A DNA stretch of 61,049 bases, filler included, from Basidiobolus meristosporus CBS 931.73 (Eukaryota; Fungi; Basidiobolomycota), in assembly GCA_002104905.1 (NCBI GenBank). It is 3 parts of 3 records of this genome, joined end to end, with 100 filler letters (N's around TTAATTAATTAA, not from the genome) between each part and the next. Parts side by side here need not be neighbours in the genome. Positions count along the whole stretch, not along the records: positions 52,360 to 61,049 come from MCFE01001335.1; 2 more parts are not named here. One strand, given 5' to 3'. The notes under the pieces are model-generated. The model searched no databases, was not told the origin of the DNA, and saw nothing but the letters and a program-made list of their open reading frames with translations. The first letter of the stretch is position 1; each line of letters starts with the position of its first letter. Below, in pieces: positions 52,513-61,049 of the stretch. A program made the translations under genes and the position numbers.

Positions 52513-54706
52513 TTTGATGTTGGCAATGTCCATCATCAGGCTAGGATACAGCAAAATGTAACTTAGATTAGGGTTAAAGAGTTTTGCCGAGTACGTAAAT
52601 ACCTAGGAAATGAAAGATATATGGCTTGTGCACAAACCCAGAGAGGCGTTTGGGGTGTTTCAAACAAGATGGTTTTAGGAATTGAGGAGCACTGAGGCTG
52701 TGTTTTAAACTGAAAAATCCTTGGGTCATATATGTATCCGCATGCATTCAACCATTCAGGCCTCCTTGATCGTCAGAGTCATTGTTAACTCGTAGGACAT
52801 GCCACTGTCCTTCACTCCCCCTGTCATTGTTTTCCCTTCTTAGTGTACTTAGGATGCACACCAAATCATTCCTAGTGCTGTGTACATAAAGAATTCCTTG
52901 ATTCTTCCGCATATCTCCTGAGGTGTGTGTTGCTGATCCATCAATGGCGGTTGTTTCATTCCTTTCTAAAAGGGACTCATCATACCATACTAAACTTTGT
53001 CCCCTACCTATAATACATAGCTTTGATCCTCTACATGTGTGTATGCTTTTATTGCGCACATCTTCCATGAACCCATTGGTTAATGGCCAATATTTTATGT
53101 GTCCTTGACTTGATCATTTATTGTACCAAAAAGTCACATTTAAAATTCTACAAGGTCCTAATTACGTAATATACATGTAAAGATGGAGACAGCTCACAGC
53201 AGGTGAAGCAAGGAAGCCTGTGCTATGGGTGTAGCTACTTTACAATAGTGTGGGGGAGGGAGTTGTAACACTGGTGATACTGATATTTCCAAGCCAAAAA
53301 ATAGCACAGAAAGAAAGTAGACAGTTAAGAGACCAAAAATCTACCAACTGGGCAATCTAACTTGTGTTAGGCTTCTACTCTAGGGTTAGAGGGGATGAAA
53401 GTCACCAAGTGGTGATGTTTTTACTTACATATCTCAAGTATGTAAAGATGCCAAGTTAATCTGAAGTTATTCTTAGAAAGCTAGGTTGGGTGATTGAGAA
53501 GCTCAGTGTTGCTGTATTTCTTAGTCAGCTATGTCTGAGAGAGGTTTCCTGGAAAGCCAGGTCTGAGAAGTGGGAATCTAAGTATATCTGAGGTAAGTTG
53601 TACTGATTTGGGGTAGCTGATTTGTGGCCAGAATGGTCAGTAGACTGGGGGAACTGAGAGGAATTTCTGGGCAATAGCTGGCCAAATTTACTAGGCAAAT
53701 CTGACCAATTAGCATTTCAAGGGTTTCAGTTAATAAGAGCCTTTACTCTGCCCAATGGTTGAACAAGCCACTTATGGAGGGAAAGTCACCATTAGGGTAA
53801 AGTCTATATTTTTTTGCAGAGTATTTACAAAAATCATCAATGCTCAAAAGTAAAGAAGCCAACTAGGAGTTTTACATCTCTTAGGTAAATAATCTAACTT
53901 AAACTTAGTTTCCTGGGTAAGATTGCACTGAACTAAATGAAGCTTAAGGAGGGAAAGTCACCAAGGTGGGTGAAATCTTGATTTGAACTTAGATAAGTCT
54001 AACTAAAAATAAAGAAGCTTGCTGGGAATTTAAAGCTCCTGTAGTAAAGACTAAGTTGAATATGAATAGATCTAGGCTAAAGTTAAGTCTGTGTCCCAAT
54101 GTACAACAGAGCTCAAGCTCATGGGTGGGTGAAGTAGATAAGCCTGAGAGATGTAATAATTTTTCAGCAAGTGGGTAACTGCAGGTAGATGGGAGTTTTT
54201 GATCAGTCAATTAGGGTTAGGGGGGGGGGTGATATTCACTCAAGAGTGAATTATCCCTTTAAATAATAAATAAAGAAGCCAAGCTAGAATATAGATATCT
54301 GAAATGTGGAGAACCTACAAGATAAACTAGGGCTTTTCCATCCCCAAATATCCTCTGTATCCATGTCTAGTGGACAATGCAGTAAAATTGCCTGTTCATT
54401 AAAGTATTTCCTGAGGTAGGTTGTGACTTGTATGCAAGGAGAGTTTTCAATAAACTAGCAAATCCTTCAAGGAGTACTTTTTCCAGAGAGAGTGGCACAT
54501 AGAGAGGACTGTCTAGTTGATGTCTGAATATGTCATTAGAGAGCTCCCAATCTAGCTTATTTTTGACTTCTTTGATAAAATCTTCAACAATATCCATGTC
54601 AATTATAACCTATAAAAGATTACTGGAAATGCATAGAATGTGAATTATTTTAAGCATATGGACACCAAGGTCCTTGAAATAGTTTCTTTGTTCTGATATT
54701 GGAAGG

Positions 54707-55055
54707 TGTTGTAGTAATTGGGTTGTCACCTAAATATTCATGCTAGCTTAGTCACATAGATCTTATACTGTGATTAGCATTCTGTCCTGACAAGATTTCT
54801 TGTTGGGATTTACTTCAAATATTTTCACCAAGTTGTCAGGTACCCAGATTATTACTTTTCTCAAAGTCATCCAAAAGACCCCAAAATTTGCATAGATATT
54901 CTTCGGACCTTCCTCCATAAACTCTGCACATTTATTTCCTCTACTCTATCAAAAGTATAAATACCATACTTTTGATCAATAAATCAACAAGTGAATAGCA
55001 TGTAGATCCTCTAGTTTTCCACATCACTTCCAATACTTCTCAGAATATTGCAACA
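54707..55055 (+). repeat. Solo copia LTR (diverged)
   Basis: 349 bp, TGTTG...CAACA, TSD GAAGG on both sides, collinear with the 350-bp copia LTR. Confidence 0.9.
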
Positions 55056-55067
55056 GAAGGTACACAT

Positions 55068-55793
55068 TGTTGTGCATCAACATTTTAAACTCAGCCAATT
55101 TACTACATTAGAAATCTAGTATACTTACTCATTTTGCTTACCCAAAACATAGCTAACCCCTATTATGGTTTATTTTATCTTTGGGGGAGGAAAGTCACCA
55201 AATGGTGAAATCTTTATTTACTTATGACAAGTATCTAAAGAAGCCAATTTAATCTAAAGTTAATCCTAGAAAGCAAGGTTGGAGAGATATCTTCCTGGTG
55301 AGCCAGGTCTGAGAGTTGAGAAGCTGAGTGGTACTGTATTTCCTAGTTAGGTAGGTCTGAGAGAGGTTTCCTGGAAAGCCAGGTCTGAGAAGTGAGAATC
55401 TGAGTGTATCTGAGGTCAGTTGTACTGGTTTGCTGTAGCTGAATTGTGGCTGTAATGAGCAATAGACTGGGGGGACTGAGGGAAATTTTGGGCAATCACT
55501 GGCCAAGTTTAGGGGGGGGGTTGATAATCACCAAAGGGTGAAATCTTTATTTAATTCATAAACAAAGAGGCCAAGTCTGACTATGAATATCTGGAGTGCA
55601 GAAAGCCCACAAGATAAAATTGGACTTTGCTGTTTCCCTAATATCCTCAATATCAAAGTCTAGAGGAGAATGTAGCAAGTGTTGTGCATCAACATTTAAA
55701 ACTTGGCCTACTTTACTCCTGTTGTGCATCAACAATTAAAACTTAGCCAATTTCACTCCATTAGAAAATCTAGTACCATAACTGATTTTCCCT
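55068..55793 (+). repeat. Three truncated heads of the chromovirus LTR (55068, 55680, 55720)
   Basis: TGTTGTGCATCAACA starts matching 28528; each stops after about 40-113 bp. Confidence 0.8.
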
Positions 55794-56796
55794 AGGGTGT
55801 AGGTGTTATATTAAGGGCTAGGAAAAGGTTAGAAGAGCAGGGGGTCTGGGGGATGCAGTCCCCTAGAGAATAAAAAAGCAGAGGGTTTGGGGGATGCAAT
55901 CCCCCATACTGCTCCCATACTCTTTAAATTCCTGTTGGATTACATTTCTCTCATTCTTGGTTCTCATCCCTTAGGGTTATAATTCCTCCTCCTAACCCTT
56001 ATCACCCTAACCATAAATATTTTTACCCTACAATTGGCACATTGTCTGCTCATATAGTGGGCATGTCTGGGCCAATATTTGTCTCCCTATACTGTCCATA
56101 TGCTCTGTATAAGTCTTGATGACTATTTAATTAATAAATTGTCACTTTTAATGTATATCTAATAATTAATGGGATTCATCCCAATCTGGCCACAATCCCA
56201 TATTTTGATAAGCTTTGGGCACCATAAATTGCGTGGCCCTAATATGATAAAAAAATTCATGGCTAATACAAATTTTCTGTAACCCAATTGCTTTTACCAA
56301 ATATAAAATGTATCCCAAAGTTCAATATATATTATGGCTATAATAGAAACTTTATTTGACACCATTGCAACTACTACTTATGTTCTATGCGCACATGTAC
56401 CCTACGGGAATTGGGTTAGGTGAGGGGAGGGAAAGTCACCAAGGTAGGTGAAATCTTTATTGATTTCAGACAAGTTTAACTACAAATAAAGAAGCCGGCA
56501 GGAAATAGAAGATTCCCAAAGTAAACACTAAGTTGAATATGAATAAATCTAAGCTAAAGTTAAGGCAGTATCCCAGAGTACACTGGAGTTCAGGTTCACG
56601 GGGGAGTGAAGTAAGTAAGCTTGAGAGATATAATAATCATTAAGGAAGTGGGTAACAGCAGGTGAAGGGGAGTTTTTGATACGTGAAGTGAATCTTGATA
56701 GCAGAGATTCTTCTAATGAGAAGGTCTTGTAAACTGGAGAATCAGGAAACTCTTTAAAGGCTTAGGGTGTAGGTGTTATAGTAAGGGCTAGGAAAA

Positions 56797-57988
56797 GGGT
56801 TAGGGGGGGGGAGACAGTCACCAACAGGTGAAATCTTTATTTCAGTTGAAACAAAGAAGCCAGCGCTACTGTTGTAGCTTTGATACAAGAGTGTGTAGCT
56901 GAGGGGAATTTGTAGGTAAGTTAATAAGAAGTGATGATAGTTCTTCAGTGCTCAAGACACTGTTCAGTGGGAAGGGGGGTAGCAAGAGAGGTAAGAATGA
57001 CTTGTGAACAACACTAATGAGGGAAATGTGATAAGGATTGATATTCATCATAAAGGGTGTGTGCTGCTGCAGATATTGCTGCCAAAGGTCTGTCAAGTAC
57101 TTCAGGTAGGCCAGCTTGGGTTTTTCTGACTGCAGAATGTAGTGAGCAAACTTCTTGACTTCAGGATCTCCAAGTATAGTTCTCCAACAGGAGCCAGGTG
57201 TAGTGTGGTGTGTTCTCTTCCAGGCCTTAATAAGTAGGTTGTTGCAGTTGTTAAGTCTGAGATATAATCTGGTTCTAAGGTAGAGAAGTCTAATCTTATA
57301 GGGCATAAACCCAAAAGAACCAAGAATAGCATGTCTGTAGGGGCATTCAGGCAAATGAGGCACCAAGGAGGTAATGCACCATACTGCAAACTTGTCAGGC
57401 TTAGTGCAGTCTCTAGAAGTAAGAGAGAGAAGTGGTAAGCCAAATTCCAGGACAGGGAAGACAAACTGCTTGAGTAGAAGGAGGCAGGTGGGAACTGAAG
57501 TTGTAGGAGGAGTAACAGCCAGTAGCTTGTGGAGTGCCTTTCTTGCCAGGATAATTCTCTTCTTCAGGTGTGCTCCAGAGTCTAGTCCAGTAGGAAGGAA
57601 AGGAAAGCCAAGATATGTAGCAGAAACCTGAGCAGGTAGAGTGGAGTTCTCCAAGTTGATGGGAGAGCCTAAAGGTACTGTCTTTGCAATGGAAAGCTGG
57701 AGATTATTCTTCTGCAGATACTGGTGGATGGTCTGGGAGTCTTGTTGCACATTGGAGGAGGATATTCTGATGTCATCAGCAAAGAGAGTAACCAGGCAAT
57801 CAGCTGAGAGTCTTGGGAAATCATTCAGGAAGATGGCAAACAGTATAGGACCAAGCACAGAGCCTTGAACCACTGCATTAGGAACTGAGAACACTAATGA
57901 TTGCTCACTTGGGTACAGAATTCTTGCTTGTGGATCCAGAAACAGAGACCTGACAAGGAGGGTGAGAGAGGTACTGGAGAAGCATTGC
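56797..57988 (-). mobile_element. Non-LTR retrotransposon (LINE), RT C-terminal half and 3' UTR; ORF 57988-56866
   Basis: VVQGSVLGPILF, LFADD, ATYLG motifs; frame is open up to 57988 where a chromovirus LTR interrupts; ~65-nt 3' UTR with hairpin and C-tail. Confidence 0.92.
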
Positions 57989-60944
57989 TGTTGTATCCAA
58001 GAGAAAGTGTAATAAAACTCTTGAATGGTTTAACTGAACCAAAGGGACAATTAAGTGCAGAATCTTAGAATTGTCAGAGAGTGGCAGAAATATTAGCAGA
58101 AAGATTCTGATCTAATATTGGTCTTGGATATAGCTGGGTTGGCTATAAAGGCAATGATATTTGTTTGCTAGGCAGGCTAGGCTTGGTGTTCTTTGGAGTG
58201 CTAGATATACTAGGCTTGGATAGAAACTAGAACGGAATTGTTGGATTCTTATTTTTGCTGAGACAGAATCTTAATTTCGTTGAGACACACACTAAACCAA
58301 AAGGTTCAGTACACTTTATTTATACTTTTCTGATCAAGTTGAATTAGTAAGCGCCAAGGGACTGGATTGATTGAAATCAATTTGGGTGTTCATAGGTGCA
58401 TAAGATAAATGAAAATTACATCATCAATCAACTGATGTCTTGGCAACTGCACAGTGGTTGGATAGATCTCAGATGACTAATCAACTGGGAAGGCTTGGCA
58501 GATAGGTTGATAACGTGATGACCATTTGAAAATAGATCAGGTGTGATAGCTAAAAATAGATTCTGAGGTGGGATCAAATAAACTGTAACTGGAATTTGTT
58601 ATGTTTGGGTTAGGGAAAATCAGTTAGGGGACTAGATTTTCAAACGGAGTAAAATTGGCAAAGTTTTAAATGTTGATGAACAACATCACTTCCTTCCGGA
58701 AGAGGAGTTTTTTGATACCTTCTGGGTTCCTCTGCGGCTCCAATACTGATTGATAATGGCAACATCATCAAAGTTGGTGTAAGGTTCCCAGGTGTTGTGT
58801 TTGGCATCATAGCCTTTCCACTTGACTAAATATAGGCAATTTGGTTCTTCTCCATCATGGTCCAAAATAGCTTTGACTTCATAGGATTCTGAAGTGACTG
58901 GGTCTTGCAAAATAAGTTTGAGTGAGGAAGGTGGAAAGTTTTTGGGTAGCAGTGCTCCAGTGTTATCTTGAAGTACATAAGATCCTCCAGTAGTGCGTCT
59001 GACAATCTTGAATGGTCCTTCATACTTGGGGTCAAGCTTAGATTGCCGGATTGGATCTAGTGTCATGACATATGACCCATCTGGGAAGCTGCTGTTCCTG
59101 TGTCTTGAGGTGTATGTTGAAGTCATCTTTTGCTGAGAGGCCTTACTTCTGGCACTGATAGCAGGGTAGACAATGTTGGTAAGGTACTCAAGCCGGTTCT
59201 TTAGCTTATCTGTATTCAAACTTGCTAACTCTGCATTCTGGTAGTCTCCAAAGTGGTTGTATCTTCTTCCAAACATCAAGGAAAATGGGGTTGATCCATG
59301 TAGAGCGGCAATTTTGGAGTTGATAGCATACTGTACAGTCGGAATGTACTTGTCCCAATTCTTCTTGATACCTTTGATAGATTTCCTGATGATGTTCACT
59401 GAGGTCTGAACATGTCTTTCAGCCAGTCCATTAGCTTTGGGATGATATGGAGTGATCAGACAATGATCAATGGCGCTATTCTGGCAAAGGGCTTTGATCA
59501 CGTGATTCACAAATTCTGTTCCATTATCTGATTGAATGACCTTAGGGAATCCAAAAAGGCAGAAGAGCTTGAATAGTTCTTGTGCAATAGTGGCTGCATA
59601 CTTGTCTGGGATGGCTTTGAGGAAGACAAAACATGTGCAGACATCCACAATTACAAAGAGGTAGTGATTACCATCATCACTAGTGGTGAAAGGTCCAGCT
59701 AGATCAATTGCAATATGATCCATAGGAAGGCTTGCATGGATGGGGCTCAAAGGGTGAAATCCATGGCGGCTGATATTGTAAAGTTGACATTCTCTGCACA
59801 ACTTGACAAATTCTAAGCAGTCAACTTTGATATTTGGCCAGTGATATCCATCAGAGTGTAGCTTCTTCATAAGTGTGTCAGCTCCAAAGTGGCCAAGTAA
59901 ATGACTCCTCTGTATCAATGTTTTCCTTTGTTCTTCAGGTGGGATTTTCCAAGTTGCTGAATCCAGTTGAGGAATTATTTTGGAAGTTGTAGAGAGTTTA
60001 CTGATTACATCAGTAATCACATGTCCCTCCCAAGGTGAAGTTGGAAAAAGTCTTGACATGTGGTCAGGAAGGATGTTGAGAATTCCTGGGCGATGAATAA
60101 CTGTATATTCATAATCAAGTAGAGTATCAAGCCAGTTGGTAAGCATTGGAGTCAGAGTCTTCTGAGTGTGGATATAGACAAGGGCTTGGTGGTCAGTGTA
60201 CAAGGTAAAAGGATTACCCCATAGATACTGATGAAACTTCTTCAAGGCAAAGACTATGGCAAGTAGCTCCTTCTTGGTAGCAGAGTAGTTTCTCTCAGCA
60301 GGTTGTAGGGACCTGGCTTGGAAAGAGATCCAGTGAGGCGGATTTTGGTCTTCATCTTGATAGAGGACTGCCCCTAACCCAACATTAGATGCATCTGTAG
60401 CAACAACAAAGGGCTTAGTAAAGTCTGGGTAGGATAAGGTGGGTGCTTGTGGAAGCAGTTGGCAGAGTGACTCAAAGGCTTGGTCATGAGTCTTGTTCCA
60501 GGCTGAGGTGAGATCAGGGTTATGGCGTAATGCATCTAATGGGGCACTCAATGAGGACATGAGTGGTATGTGTTCCCTGAAATAGTTGAATACTCCAAGA
60601 TAATGTTGAAGTTGCTTGGCGCTAGTGGGTTTTGGCCATTCTGGGATATTGACCAGTTTGAAAGGATCTAATTGGTGGCCAGCTGGTGTGACTATAAATC
60701 CAAGTAGATTGATTTTGAGGCGGGCAAAACTGCACTTTTCAGCATTGAGAATCAGTCCAGCAGTTGTCAGTCTGTTGATTACATCAGTGACATGGGTTGC
60801 ATGATCATCATGGTTAATGGAGAATATGATGACATCATCAACAAATACCAATGCGTATGGTGCATTCTTGAGTATTATAGTCATGACTCTCTGAAACTTG
60901 CTGGTAAGTGTCTTTAGGCCAAAGGGAGCTCCCTGAAACATCCA
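57989..60944 (-). mobile_element. Chromovirus (Ty3/gypsy) 3' part: pol and 3' LTR (57989-58685)
   Basis: 697-bp LTR abuts the pol stop codon; purine tract GGAAGGAAGTGA; upstream part cut by a LINE 3' end at about 60945. Confidence 0.95.
58686..60944 (-). CDS. Pol: RT, RNase H, integrase, chromodomain (partial)
   Basis: PFGLK and FVDD (RT); TDASNVG, YSATKKELLA (RNase H); H..GH...CRECQ, IDLAGP, SDNGTEF, GLAER (integrase); GPF module; YEVKAILDH...YLVKWKGY...NTWEP (chromodomain). Confidence 0.95.
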   Translation of the reverse strand, partial: WMFQGAPFGLKTLTSKFQRVMTIILKNAPYALVFVDDVIIFSINHDDHATHVTDVINRLTTAGLILNAEKCSFARLKINLLGFIVTPAGHQLDPFKLVNIPEWPKPTSAKQLQHYLGVFNYFREHIPLMSSLSAPLDALRHNPDLTSAWNKTHDQAFESLCQLLPQAPTLSYPDFTKPFVVATDASNVGLGAVLYQDEDQNPPHWISFQARSLQPAERNYSATKKELLAIVFALKKFHQYLWGNPFTLYTDHQALVYIHTQKTLTPMLTNWLDTLLDYEYTVIHRPGILNILPDHMSRLFPTSPWEGHVITDVISKLSTTSKIIPQLDSATWKIPPEEQRKTLIQRSHLLGHFGADTLMKKLHSDGYHWPNIKVDCLEFVKLCRECQLYNISRHGFHPLSPIHASLPMDHIAIDLAGPFTTSDDGNHYLFVIVDVCTCFVFLKAIPDKYAATIAQELFKLFCLFGFPKVIQSDNGTEFVNHVIKALCQNSAIDHCLITPYHPKANGLAERHVQTSVNIIRKSIKGIKKNWDKYIPTVQYAINSKIAALHGSTPFSLMFGRRYNHFGDYQNAELASLNTDKLKNRLEYLTNIVYPAISARSKASQQKMTSTYTSRHRNSSFPDGSYVMTLDPIRQSKLDPKYEGPFKIVRRTTGGSYVLQDNTGALLPKNFPPSSLKLILQDPVTSESYEVKAILDHDGEEPNCLYLVKWKGYDAKHNTWEPYTNFDDVAIINQYWSRRGTQKVSKNSSSGRK

Positions 60945-61049
60945 TTTAGGGTTAGGGGGAGGGAAAGTCACCAAGGTAGGTGAAATCTTTATTTGATTTC
61001 AGACATGTCTAACTGCAAATAAAGAAGCCAGCTGGGAATAGAAGATTCC
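60945..61049 (-). mobile_element. LINE 3' end interrupting the chromovirus RT
   Basis: TTTAGGGTTAGGGGGAGGGAAAGTCACCAAGGTAGGTGAAATCTTTATT, nearly identical to the 56411 terminus. Confidence 0.88.

Larger units (their letters stand above)
53381..56760 (-). mobile_element. Array of 5'-truncated LINE 3' ends (junctions at about 53381, 53772, 53944, 54211, 55181, 55509, 56411)
   Basis: Each begins on plus with TTA(G)-G-run-TCACC..GGTGA-AATCTTTATT or a variant, like the terminus of the RT-encoding element at 56797; bodies fall into at least three pairwise-homologous types. Confidence 0.8.

Noticed and set aside
52563-53108. Short ORFs left of the LINE array
   Set aside because: No recognisable motif or second copy in the window.
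55794-55960. Helitron identity for the twin-hairpin repeat
   Set aside because: No hairpin directly before the CTAG end and no A|T insertion site.
60945-60974. MVTFPPP as the start of the chromovirus pol ORF
   Set aside because: These codons come from the LINE 3' end, not the chromovirus.

Overview
A eukaryotic, most likely fungal, window (short GT-AG introns, copia primer site of the yeast Ty5 type, a chromovirus) that is almost entirely nested transposons. It spans three contigs joined by two 100-bp N gaps containing a TTAATTAATTAA linker. Contents: (i) a Ty1/copia family with one intact young copy (4450-9136; 1 mismatch in 350-bp LTRs; TSD ATAAC) inserted head-on into a decayed sibling (79-9532; TSD ATTGA), plus several other decayed copies; (ii) a CCC-terminated CACTA/EnSpm-like DNA transposon, here called family X, in many decayed copies, carrying a divergently oriented second ORF of unknown function; (iii) a Ty3/gypsy 5' half with a tRNA-Lys primer site, a chromovirus pol gene, and solo LTRs with TSDs; (iv) a DDE_Tnp_4 (PIF/Harbinger-ISL2EU-like) element split by a solo LTR; (v) one CpG-rich host gene for a ~1240-aa coiled-coil protein (31282-35488, minus, 7 exons). 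The most unusual signal is at 53.2-61 kb. At least nine LINE 3' ends from several diverged subfamilies lie on the same strand, each ending in a conserved hairpin, a C-run and a CCCTAA-like (telomere-complementary) junction, and most interrupted sequences do not resume. Old TE copies show pervasive CpG-to-TpG/CpA decay while the host gene keeps its CpGs. All alignments and counts were done by eye.
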